DNA of 64,000 bases. Origin: Felis catus (Eukaryota). Location of the stretch: contig NC_058383.1 in assembly GCF_018350175.1 (NCBI RefSeq), positions 27,840,001-27,904,000 of the forward strand, given 5' to 3'. Below are positions 50,848-63,010 of the stretch, in pieces; position 1 is the first letter of the stretch; every line of letters begins with the position of its first letter. The position numbers and the translations under genes were made by a program. The notes under the pieces were generated by a model. It made no database searches. It worked only from the letters and a program-made list of their open reading frames with translations, and was not told the DNA's origin.

Positions 50848-51775
50848 TGAATCTGTAATAGAAAAAATAAAAAAAAGAGGATTTTGCTTCCACCAACCAC
50901 TATAAAAATCTACCTCTGGGAGACATGGAATTTCAATTGTGAAATAATCAGTCTTGGAAATTGTCCTGTCCTCTAGGAAAAGAAAAAAATAAGTAGTTTA
51001 ACAGCGATTGCCCTTCAAAACAATTACTAATTATAATGTCTATAAAGAAAAATACCCTCGATACCATTACTCCTAATAAAGCTGGGCGAATCTATAGAAA
51101 GGAATTAGTTGGCATGTCTGGGATCTGACGGGAGAGCTCTTGGGGGTGAGTTAGAAATGGGGGGGGGGGGGTGTGCGCTGCAACAGGCTTATAAACCTGA
51201 ATCCAAAGCTTTAGGAAGCTTAACCCCTGGGGCAAGCCCCTGTCAGCAAATTGGGGAGATTAACACATGCCCCAAGGAAATCAGGCCCGGACAATTAAGA
51301 GATGAGAAACCAAGTTACTTCCTGACCATCCTCCCAGCCTCTCTGGTCCTGCTTCTCCCCTGCCCCCTTCACCTCCTCCTCAGGTGATTGCTATAGTGTC
51401 TGCATTCCATTTATGAGACCTACCTTAGGGCTGGACATCATTCTCTCCCCTCTGCCCACTGAAAGATATAGAAATGCCTGGGAAGAGTTACAGCCTGGCC
51501 CTAAGGCCTTGGAATGAATTTGCCTGTTAGATCCCATCTGTTTGGAACAAAATGTGGTGGGGGGAAGGATATGGGAGGAAAGGAAGAGAGAAAAGGGGCC
51601 CAGAGGAGAGAAGCGGGGGGCAGCATGAAAGACGGACTAAAGGAAACGGTTGGTCTGGTTTCAAGCTCTCCACCACTCACCTGCTGTGAAAGCTGCGTCA
51701 AGTCACATGAACCCTGATCTCACACCTCATGTTCTCATCTGTAAAACTGAGGTAGGGAGCAGGGTATGGGAAACC

Positions 51776-52270
51776 CAGTGTTTTAGGTAGTGATCAACTG
51801 CAGAAAAAACAAACTCCTCCAGCCACTTTAAGCAGAAAGCAGAGATTTATGACTAGAGGTAATTTACTAAGGTAAATTTATTACCTGGGTGACTTAGAAA
51901 ACCAATGGAAGCACTTGAAGAGTTGGGCTTCTAAGAACAAACCCCTGCCCCCAAATCACCCTCCCTTACGATGATCGATGATCAGGAAAACTACCACTGC
52001 TGCTACTCACGATCGCCAAGTCTGGAAGCGAATGGCTGCAGAACCGCCCTGACTGCACAGCGATGCACACACCTGCAAGGTGGATTACATTATACCTTTC
52101 TCCTTCCAGCAGCTCTGCATGTAAGACCCATGGCAGGGCATCTGATTTGCGAACCTACATCATGGCCAGGAACCTCGATACAAGAGTCCAGGAAAGGTAC
52201 TTTATAGCTTCCCAGCCTCTGCAGGACGGACGGCACAACTGACAGAGGCTGGAAGGGAAGCTGGAGGAGG
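51776..52270 (-). mobile_element. Old MaLR LTR (MLT1K/L-like)
   Basis: tgcagaaaaaacaaactcctccagccactttaagcagaaag...gcatctgatttgcgaacctacatcatg. Confidence 0.5.
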
Positions 52271-53256
52271 CCATCTACAGGGCTGTCAAGAGAATTTAAT
52301 GAGATGGTATTTCTAAAGTGCTTCACACAATGCCTGGCCATTAGTAGGTCCTCAATGAACATCAGTTTCCCTTTACTTTCCCAGAATTTTGCTACAGGTT
52401 GACTCTGTGAATCTTCCCAAAATAACAGAGGAAAAAAAACCACAGAGTAGAGAATGGATCTTCCTCATTCACATATGAGTTATTTGGGCATCTTCAATTT
52501 AGCAACCTTACCAAACATCACAGTTGTCCCTATTTAAGGCATTCTCCTACCTCCACAGAAAGATGGAATCATTTTAAGCAATAACTTAAAATTTTCTACT
52601 TTGCAAACAACGTGGTCAAGCAACATTTCTCTCTGGAGAATGACATTTACTTTATCAATGTTACCAATATTGGGCACCCACTGGAGGCCACGCAGATATG
52701 ATTTCTCCCTTTCAAAGAGTTAACAGTCTAGACTGAATAATTATACAAAACATATAAAATTTCAAATTCTGATAAAAGCTCAGAGAAAAGAACAGGGTGC
52801 CATGTGCCAGAATAAACAGGGTGAAACCAAAACCGTTCAAGGAGTCAAGAGAGACCTCACCCAGAGAATCACATCAAAGCTTACCTGAAGGATGATAAAG
52901 GGTCACCAAGTCAAGAGTGGGACAGAAGAGCATTTCTGGCAGAGCAAACAGCAGGTGCAAAAGCTGTGTGTTCGAGAAACCAGAAGAATACCGACGTGAC
53001 TCGAGTAGTAAGAGGAGAATGTGGTGAGAATACTGAGGCTGAGAACCCCAGACTGTTATCTGGGGGTGACATTTCCCCTCAGGCCAGAATCCAGACATGT
53101 GAGCCCATTAACACTTCACCCACGTAACTGTGGAAACAGTATTTGTCTACCTTTCTGCACCTTACTTGTCACTTTGGTAAAAGAGAAAACTATGAGTCTT
53201 TGACCGCGTGGTTCTGTTAAACAGGCTAACAAGTACAGAGCTAGAGAGGGCTGGGC

Positions 53257-53845
53257 ATGTGTTGAGTACCCACAGCAGCATCGTCACCATCACCCTCAAT
53301 GTCTAGCCACGCAATTCCAGAAAGGTCCATCGGTTCTGCCCCATTCACACCCTCTCCCCGTTGTACCCCCTCCCCTACCCAGATACAGAGCAGAGGCCCC
53401 CATGTGACACCCCTCATCTGGCCTTGGCTGATTCGACCAGAGCAGGCGCCAACCACCACCCGGACCCACCAACTCTCACGTCTGGAAATGTGAAATGGAG
53501 CCCGAGGCTGAACTGGTCAGAGGATGCTGGAAGCTGGAGCAGTAAGGTCATGAAGAGGAAGAGCCAGCACCACTGGCAAGTGGAAGGTCATCAACAGCAA
53601 AACCTGAGATCTTGATGGCACACTCCACTCTGCAGAGAGGACAGCGGGGCAGACGTGTGGAGATAAGCCCCGGAGAGCAAGATGGAGATGACGGTTGGTT
53701 AACACCATCTCCAGGTCCCATGTGGTCCAGCCGTTATGCTGGATTCCCTGAGAACCTTCTGTATCTTGACAATAAAACTTTCTATTCACTTTAATGTCTT
53801 TGAATGAGTGTCTGTTCCTTGAAATTAAACAATCGCCGCCCGAGA
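53257..53845 (+). mobile_element. Old ERVL/MaLR-type solo LTR
   Basis: 3' end tcttgacaataaaactttc...tgagtgtctgttccttg; subfamily not assignable by eye. Confidence 0.45.
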
Positions 53846-54624
53846 GACTCATGGAGGTGGAGAGCTGAGGCCACCCTTCCTAAAATCAGACCTCAAGTGC
53901 AACCCCACCGTGCAAACGGGTCACAGTAACCACAACCATGGGCCCTACCACCATCTCAAGGCATTTCACAGGCTGTTCTCACTGCACAGAATGCTCTTCC
54001 ACCTATATCTAACAAAACTAGCTCTCGTTCACCTTCTAGACTACCCTCTTTGACCATCACTTCCACAGATGCCAACTCTAAGGTGGACCCTGTTGCAATT
54101 TCCACAGCTCTTGCAACCTCCACTTGGCAGCATACAACTCATTGTTGGTCACAGGTCCGATGGCTGCCACCCCAGCGATGGTCCACCCCACATGTACCTG
54201 CCCTGTTTCCTGCTATGTCTCCAGGGCTTGGCATAGTGTTGGGCACATAGTACCTGCTAAATAAACATTTGGTTAATGGGTGATCAATAGTATGAAAGGA
54301 CCAAATTGACTTTTTAGCTCTCTAGTACTCTTTCCTTTATGGGGAAAAAAAAAGTTTTATTTTATCCTACTGGGTGCTCTACCCTTTACAAGGTGTTGGA
54401 GACACAGACACGAATTAAACAGGATCCCTGTGTTTAGGACTTCACAGCCTAAGGGAACAGATGGATATATACACAGGAAAGTTTATTATAATGTAACATT
54501 AGTACTAAAGGAGCTAGAAAGAGGATCCTAGGAGTAATGGATGATGGAGGAGGAAAGAGACGGAGGAGAGGGGTGTGAATGCCCCCCATGGCACTGCTCC
54601 TCTGAATTTCCTCAGAATATAAAC

Positions 54625-55325
54625 ATAGTAGATATCCATTATTTGGCTACTCAGCATCTGTTCTCCCCTTTTCCAGAAACAGCACCCCACTTTCTCTTTT
54701 GTAGAAACACCTGCCACCCTCTTAACCCAAGTGGTTAAGATGGGATCAATCTAACACCCCTTCCCCAGAGTCAGAGGATTCTTGGGGGTGGTGGGGGCAG
54801 AAACCTATGAAAGAGATTAGCTCTTTTTTCACTAGAATCCCTGAGCTGGTAGCAGCCTTAAGCTGCCGAATCCTATCTTGGCATGAAAAGGGGAAACCTC
54901 CCCAAGAATAAAGCTTACTGGGAAAGGAGCAGGCTGGAGACAAAAAGATGTTTCTGATGACACTGTTTGAATACCTGAGTCCAACTAGATCTATCCAGGA
55001 GTTTTAAGCTATGGGTCAATAAATTCTACTTTTTTTCCAAGACCAGAATTTCTCAACCTCAACACTACTGACTTTTTTTGTTTGTTTGTTTGTTTTGTTT
55101 TTGCCTGGATGGGGGCTGCCCTGTACATTGCAGGATGTTTAGGAGAGCATCCCTGGCTGCTACCCACTAGATGTCAATCAACAGCCATCCTCACACGCAG
55201 CTGTGACAACCAAAAATGTCTCCAGTCATTGCCAAATAGCCCCAGGTGGATAAGGGTAAAATCTCTTCCAACTGAGCACTATTGGTTTAAACCAGCTTGA
55301 GTCAGTAACCAAAAAGAGTCAAGAC
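54625..55325 (+). mobile_element. Old MLT1 LTR with nested MER20
   Basis: gggtcaataaattc precedes the MITE and ttaaaccagcttgagt...gtaaccaaaaagagtc follows it. Confidence 0.6.
55044..55283. mobile_element. MER20 hAT MITE
   Basis: tttctcaacctcaacactactgac...agcatccctggc...tgtgacaaccaaaaatgtctccagtcattgccaaat. Confidence 0.9.
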
Positions 55326-56491
55326 CACAAACCGACCCATCAAATTCCCTACCTAATTTCCAGGAATAGCTTTCACTCCTAAACGTCTTTACTTTCCAGG
55401 GTACCTGAAAACATCTTCCTGTGGCCTTTGCTCTCTGAAGCCAGTCAGTCGACTCCACATTTTTGAATACTGGAGTAAATGAAAGTAAGTCAATCAGATC
55501 AACAACAACTTCCATCTCAGTTCCAGCGGTACTGTTTTTGTAAGTGGCAGATTCGAGGACTTTGATGACACCCTTTACCCCCCTTTACAAATTTAAACAT
55601 CTTCTCTCATTTACTTTCTTTATTTCAGAATTTTCAACAGTCCATTTTCTTTTCTCCGCAGACCTTGCCTTCGACGGGACACTAATCAATAAGAAATTAT
55701 ATCTTTGCCAGGCTATTTTAAAGTAATGTAACCAACATATATTTCTCTCTCATTCATGGCTTTATTGATTGTGAAACAAAAACAGAAAGCCACTGGAGAT
55801 TCCACACAGCATTCTTGAAACTCCCACTTCATTATGTGCCACCAAGGCCAGCTTCATCCAGTGGAACCCTTTCTCCTGATGTCCTTACTTTGTGTGAGGC
55901 TGGTGTCCGATCATCAGCCTCACGCTGTAAACTGCAACTCAGCTGGAAATGAGTCAGTCCTTCAGAATGAGGGAGGGCAGGGTGGTAATCAACAGCAAAG
56001 CCCAGGCAAACGGGCTGCACCCACGAATTCTTTCAGAAATTCTTTTTTTGCAAGTTATTACTCTTATCATGATGGTGTTAACCCACCTTCTGGCTCCTAA
56101 AATGGAATATCCCTTGCAAGGAAATGTCACATTGTGCTGAGTAATAAAATCAAAATGAAAATGAATTTTTGAGAGGACTGCAGCTACCGCCGTTTTAAAT
56201 GTCTTTTAAAATACCAGCCAGGAGAGCTTTTAAGACATAGGCATAGAGTTGGGCATGTGGATCCATTTCATAGGTGTACTTGTGCATCTGAAGACAAGTA
56301 AGATACCCAGGAAGAAGGGAAAGAAAATGGACAATGGGTGCAACTGACCAAGGGCACATAGTAGGTGCTTGGTCTCTGGTGACCTGACCCCGTTTCTCAG
56401 GGTGGGGGCGGGGGAGGGGTTCTGCTGCTGAGACCATCAAAAATGTTAATTGTAAGGTTATACTGATCCTTTATTAAAGGGAGGGAAATCT

Positions 56492-56669
56492 GGGGCACCT
56501 GGGTGGCTCAGTGAGTTAAGCATCTGACTCCTAATTTCAGCTCAGGTCTTGCAGTTCATCAGGCTCCGTGCTATCAGTGCAGAGCCTGCTTGAGATTCTT
56601 TCTCTCCCTCTCTCTCTGCCCCTCCCCTGCCCTCACTCTCTCAAAATAAATAAATAAACTTTAAAAAAA
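56492..56669 (+). mobile_element. CanSINE with internal deletion
   Basis: ggggcacctgggtggctcagtgagttaagcatctgactc...caaaataaataaataaac. Confidence 0.93.
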
Positions 56670-56699
56670 GTAGTGGGGGGAGGGGAGAGATCCATCCAT

Positions 56700-56743
56700 T
56701 TGGCATAGTTACTTGGCATAGTTACTTGGCATAGTTACATAGT
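56700..56743. repeat. 13-bp tandem repeat (ttggcatagttac) x3
   Basis: Three perfect copies 56700-56738 plus partial atagt. Confidence 0.95.
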
Positions 56744-58429
56744 CCTTAAATAAAGGCACGTGCACAGATCAGCAGGACACTCGGAGCATGCTGGCCAAAC
56801 ACCACACAGGGTTTACGTTCTTGCAGCCACAAGACCAACACGGGCCCAGCACTCATGTCAATTTGGCCAAAGGAAGCAGGCAGTAAAGGAGACCTGTCTG
56901 GATGTCTGGATGTCACAGAACACCACTCCTCGTTGCCCCCCACCCCTAGGTACCACCATTCATGCTAACGATACTACAGCAAAAACAGGCACATGCAAAT
57001 GAAGAAAGAAGTAACAGGATGAGACGTGATCTAGCGAATTCCATTTTGAGGGTGAATATGGATAGACGTTGGCGAGGGATTTGTGCATTTGTGGTTTCAA
57101 CAAAATGACTGAGCTCCTGCTCCAAGCCCCAGCATCGTCCTAGGCTCTTGGGATAGAAACCAAAGATCCCTGAACTCATGGGGTGTACTTTCTAGCAGCA
57201 GGCAAAGGGTGAAATCTCCAGGGATGGTCAAGGGCTGTGGTTCAAAGGGACCATATTAAGCCTGAACACTTCCTAGGTCCCCTAAGCCTGTAATAGCTCC
57301 CACAGACTTCGGCAGAGGTGAGTGTAAATAAACAAAATGTTTCCTGCATCCATGCGTTCTCCTACACCTTACCTCCCATGGAAGCAAAGTCCCATCTCCA
57401 GGACAAGAAGATGGAAAAGTAGCTTCTCCTGGTGTGGCAGCAGTGGTGAGCCTGAGCTGTGGCCAATTGTGACAATTCTCTGCTGAGATAACTCACCCAT
57501 CCCTAGTTGCCATCAGTGAAGTTGGAGCCCCCATGAAGCAGTTAGGATCAACTCATAGGAAAGGCAGCCAGGCTATAATAACTACTACCCCATGGTGAGT
57601 CTGCTCTATCCATCCCTCTATGAGGTATGTATGCACGCCCCCATCTCATAGATGAAGATACTGAGGCTCGGAGACAATAAGTGACTTGCTTAAGGTCTGC
57701 CTGACTCCAGAGTCTATGTCCTTTCTGCATTGCTATGATGCCCATTTCAATAACCTGAGTCTTCAACTCTGCATCTATCCCCAGGTAGGGCACTGTGGGG
57801 TCATGAATTAAGGTGCAGTCTTTGCTCTCCTGGAACTAACAGTCCAGTTGAAGAGACAAGGGGAGACAAGGGGAACAAGTGCTTATCTATTTAACAAATA
57901 ACACTGACATTCCACCACACCCACCTTGTCTTGTGCAAATACCTGTGGGTCCCAGAACGTGCTGTGCCTTTGCACAAGCCTGCAATGTCCTGTGTCCTCT
58001 CCTCTCTCCCCCTACCCAAATCCTCTCCATCCTCCATGAGTCAGCTCCTCTAGGAAGTTCCACTAACCACCCCACTCCCTCGAGCTGGTCAGGTACCTCT
58101 CTTATGTGTACCAAGAAACCCCTAGTGCTCACCTCCACCAGGAAACATGGAATATCTCTAACAAAGAGAGCATCAGTAAGAAGTCAGGGAACCCTGTGGG
58201 GAGGAAACAAACACCTGATATGGGGAGGTGGGAAGAGATAAAGGGCATTCAGGATACATGTACTGTGGTCCAAGGGGGGCCCACCTATGACAGGAAACCC
58301 ATGGCCACATAAGGGACAGGAGGGAACTGGGAACAATGGAAGACATGGAAATAATCAGTATATTCAAAACCCAATCAATCCTGAGGTCTTACTTTCACTT
58401 GTCTCTAGGTGCTTCCACTCCAGGAATCC

Positions 58430-58730
58430 TATCATATCATCACAACTATGCAGCAGGCAGGATATACCGTCCTCCTCATCTGATGGAAGAAGAAATCGGA
58501 CGCTTGGGAGAGATGAGGTGAGCTGCCCAAGGTCACACAGCATGGACACCCTCAGGCAACAGAGCCAAGTGGTTAAGATCACACAGTCTGGTGTCAGACA
58601 CAAAAACAGCTCTCGATTTCCTGGCCCTGTGACCTTGACCAAGAGACTTACCTTGTCTAAGACTCCATCTCCACAATTATGAAAGGGGACTAAAACTCTC
58701 TACTTCAGAGTTGTCAGAACCATCAGACGA
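58430..58730. mobile_element. Two opposed MIR relics
   Basis: gaggtgagctgcccaaggtcacacagc (-); tgtgaccttgaccaagagacttacc (+). Confidence 0.65.
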
Positions 58731-59450
58731 CTATAGAAGACCTGAGTCAGACCTTGACAGCCGCCACGGCAAACCCTGATCTCCCCCGTGATCACCTAAA
58801 TGTTTGCTTAGCCTGAGTCCTCTGCAAAACCATTTACGTGAAACTCTGGTCCCAGCTGTTTGCCGGGAACATCAGGGCTTCCTCTGGAATGTGGTGGAAC
58901 AGATGACTTTGGACCCCAAATTCCGAAGCCCTTGTCCAACTGCATGTCTACTTTTTTAAAAAGCCACTGGCTTCTCATTTCCTTCCTAAGCTGCCAGGAA
59001 ACAAATACCAGGGGCTTGTTTTACTGAACGGTTTGGCAAGTCATTAGTTTGCCTTCTACAAAGGCCAGAGTTCACTGCTGAGATATTTAAAACCCTACTG
59101 ATGTCTTAAAATAAATATCACAATGGAGATGTCAAAATAGCAGTGTGCTCTAACACATGACATTTGTGGGGGGAGGAGAGAGTAAAAAATGTAAATGGAT
59201 TTACCAAAATAACCTCAAGGTGCGACCTTTGAGGTTTGATACCACAGAAATGTCATATTGTTTCAACTTTTTTTGTTTTTTGTGTGAAGTTTGTTTTCCT
59301 CCTTTGAGGGAGTGAAAGGTTTGTCATGAAAAAGAATCAAAAAATTTTCTCAAAAAGAAAGTAAGCATAATTGTATTTTTTTTAGATCTATCGTAATAAT
59401 TTTCAGCTGTTTTTTTTTAATGAGCTGAACACAATTCCCAAATACAAATA

Positions 59451-59935
59451 CAGCAGTCCCCCACCTTATCTACGGGTATTACGTTCCAAGACCCCAGGTG
59501 AATGCCTAGACTGTGGATAGGAGCAAACCCTGTACGTACTATGTCTTTCCTATACATACATCTACGATAGAGTTTAAGTCATAAGTAAGGCACAGTAAGA
59601 GATTAACGATAATAACTAATAACAAAATAGAACAACTATAACAGTATGCTGTAATACAACTTAGGTGAATGTGGTCTCTCTCTCTCTCTCTCTCTCTCAA
59701 ACTATCTGATTGTCCTGCACTCACCCATCTTCTTGTGATGATGCGAGATGATAAAATGCCTGTGTGATGACAGGAAGTGACGTGAGTGATGTAGGTGCTG
59801 TGACACAGTGCTAGGCTACTACTGACTTGTTACCACACACCAGTAGGAGATCCCTCCACTTCTGAACCACAGTCACCCACAGGGCACTAAAATCATGGAA
59901 AGCACAACTCTGGACGGGGGTGGGGGGTCCTACTG
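59451..59935. mobile_element. MER44-like Tigger (Tc1/mariner) MITE, both ends present
   Basis: TIRs cagcagtccccc...gggggtcctactg flanked by TA on both sides (59449-50, 59936-37); gttccaagacccc, ggcacagtaagagattaac internal motifs. Confidence 0.9.
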
Positions 59936-60003
59936 TAAATGATTTCTCCAAATGGAAGATGTGCTTAGTACCCAAGGGATGCCACGTCCTGGGCTGGGTA
60001 TTT

Positions 60004-60205
60004 CAATTTTTTTTTTAAATTTTAAGTTTACGTATTTATTTTGAGAAAGAGAGTGAGCAGGGGGGAGACAGAGAGACAGGGAGAGAGAGAGAATCCCAAG
60101 TGCGCCCTGTGCTGATGTGGGGCTCGAACTCACAAACGGTGAGATCATGACCTGAGCCAAAACCAAGAGTCAGATGCTTAACTGACTGAGCCACCCAGGA
60201 GCCCC
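60004..60205 (-). mobile_element. CanSINE, older type
   Basis: TSD ggctgggtattt at 59992-60003 and 60208-60219. Confidence 0.95.
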
Positions 60206-61080
60206 TAGGCTGGGTATTTTAAATATTTATTTCATTTTAATCCTCAAAGGTGCTCAGTGAGGCAGAGGCATGATATTGGAGGTAATGGGAACCTCGGATA
60301 ATAACTCAAGAACGTGGGCAGATGAAGCATGCCACGATTAAGCGTAAGTCCATCCTTACCCCGATTCGACGCTCTTCCCAGCGTATCTCCCAGCATACCT
60401 CCAGAGCCCGCTACTCTATCCAGACCTATGAGGGCTAAACATCCAACATTATCAGGCAAGGCAACAGATAAAATCTTAATAACTGGAGTTCATGGCTAGT
60501 AAAAATAAATAAATGGTAAATCTCAAAGAGAAGCAGTTCTACTAAATACCTATAAACTCATGAATATGTCCTCTTCCCTGGGCCTGCCTGGCATAACCTT
60601 CTTCCTCATCTCCTACCACTTCCCACTTGGCCCTTTATGCTCTGCTAAACACCAGACCTCACGTACTGCCCAGAGCTATTCATGTCTCATGTCACTGCGC
60701 CTTTGCAAATGCTGTTCCTTTTTTTCCAAGCGCTCTACTTGGTGAATGAATTCCTGTTCCCCCATGAAAACCCCGCTAACACATAGCCTTTTGGAAAAAG
60801 TCTTCCTCATCACTCTCTCACTCCTGCCCAGTGGAATTCAGGAGTTCTTCCTCATCCATTCCCTCTATCATGCACCTGCTCACATCTTTGTGATTATCCC
60901 AGTGTTCAGGGTTTTGTTCTCGTGGTTGGCTGGTGGGTTTGACTAACAAATCTGTTCCCTTCACCAAAACGACTTTCCTGCAGGAGGGAGTTATGCCTTA
61001 ATCTACCTCTGTGTCCCCCGTGCCCAGCTCAGCGCCTGAATCAAAACAAGCATCTAACTGAATTGAAAGGAAATTGAAAA

Positions 61081-61580
61081 TGAAAACAAATATCGCAGAG
61101 AACTAGAAGGGAGGGAAACAAGTGCTAATGCGATGAACGTCTATTACAGGGCAATCAACCAGACCGTGTTTTCCTAATAGAGACTACGAAACTGGCACAG
61201 AGGCAAGACGGAGCAGCAGTGGGGACGCACGCTCTCCGGACATCTGCTGGGCGTCTCATTTGATCAATCCCCGCCTTGCCTTGCTGACGATTTCATCTTT
61301 CGCAAGTCAGAGGATGCGGCAGGGGAAACAGTTACTTGGCACTAGATCCTGGCAACGAGGAAACACGGGTTGATGAGAAAGGGGTACGATCCTTGGGAGA
61401 AAATAAACGGGCGCAGAATCGTAGAGTTAATGACGGTGCAGGAAAGGAAGAAAGAAAACGAGCGTTCATGAAACACCTGCTGTATGCCACACAATGCACA
61501 TGTGTTACTGCAGCGAATTCTTACAAACACCCCAGAAGGCGAGTACACGTCTCTTCGATTTGCAGAAGAGCAGAAAGCGC
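61081..61580. promoter_or_regulatory. CpG-rich patch (CpG-island-like)
   Basis: 28 CpGs counted by eye in 500 bp of roughly balanced base composition, several-fold above the window background. Confidence 0.45.
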
Positions 61581-62292
61581 AGAAAGGTAAAATCACTTGC
61601 CCAGGGTCAGCCTGGCAAGTCTTTCTGTCAGCAAGACCCAAATTCTGACTTCACTCCGTGTTGCAGGGGGGAGGGCATTGCCTGACCTGACAACCCAGAC
61701 CTGAAGAAAAAGAAGGAACCCTTCCATAGGCACCAGGGGACACAACAGAGACAACAAGCACACCCCATGATCACGGTAACAGTCATTTCTCTGAGCAGGA
61801 CAGGCGGCCACTGTCCCGTGTCTGGAACTCATGGAACCTCCATCTCAGCAGATGCTTCAAGGTTTGCCTGGGTCACGGGGGAGGAGCCCTGGAGGATCTC
61901 CCGGGAGTAAAGAGATGCCTCCACCCAGAAGCAGCACACATCACTTCCTGCACATGATCAACCTCATGCGAAGGGCAGAGACATGCAATTCTCCGCCCAG
62001 GAGAAAGAGCCACAAACAGTTGCACACCTCAAGTCCGTGCCACAGCAGCTTCTGTGTGGCAACGAACACTTGACAAGTCCTGCCTCAGCAAACCGCCAAG
62101 GAGGAAACACAAAAACAAAAATGAGCAACTGTATGGCGAAGCTCAAGTAAAGAGAAAGGGGACACTCTTGACGAGAGAATCTGGTGTAGATTCACAACCA
62201 AGAATCACCAGCCACGTGAGGAAGTCTGGAGCTACCAGCGAGGCCCCCTGGCCACAACTCAAGAAGGAAACATTGTGCAAAATGGACAGGAG

Positions 62293-62639
62293 TGTCTTCG
62301 TTCAGTTCAAGCCATGCTCTACCAAAACTGCCTAGGCCTGAACACCAGGAATTTACTTCTGATGGTTCTGAGGCCGGAAGTCCATGGTCATGAGTGTCCC
62401 CGTGGTCAGGTTCTGGTGAAAACTCTCTTCCTGGTTTACAGACTGGTTTTCAGGGAGAGGGGACACTCAGGCCTCTTTCTCTTCTTATAAGGACATTAAT
62501 CCCATCATGGAGGGTCCACTCTCATGACCCCATCTAAACCTCATCACCTCCCAAAGGCCCCACCTACTAGAGCCATCCCACTGCAGGTTGGGGCTACAAG
62601 ATATGATCTGGGGGAGATACAAACATGCAATCCAAAACA
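62293..62639 (-). mobile_element. MLT1A-like MaLR solo LTR
   Basis: tcttcttataaggacattaatcccatcatggaggg...tcacctcccaaaggccccacct...acaaacatgcaatccaaaaca. Confidence 0.88.
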
Positions 62640-62829
62640 GGAAGGCCCAGAGAAGTTGCATCTGCCCATTCCTTTTTTACCACTCCCAAAGAGAAGGAAG
62701 ATGAGGCATCGAAAACAGGTGATGACAATCCACAAGAATGCCCTGAATGCTTTTATTTGAGAAGCTATGAGCAAAAGCTGGAAGGGTGGACACATTTCAA
62801 GCACTGCCTTGAAAATGGACAGAGGATGG

Positions 62830-63010
62830 CACGAAAAGGCACTGAGCCTCTGCCACTGAGCTGTGTGGACTTACAAAGTTACTTAACCTCCTTGAGCCTT
62901 GGTTTCTTGTGCGTGCAATAGAACAATGTACAATCTGCCTCAAAGGGTTGTTACAAAGACTGAGAAGATCGTACAGTAATGTGCTTGTCCAAGTAGCAAA
63001 ATGTCGGAGC
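62830..63010 (+). mobile_element. MIR relic
   Basis: ctctgccactgagctgtgtggac...aagttacttaacctccttgagccttggtttc. Confidence 0.75.
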
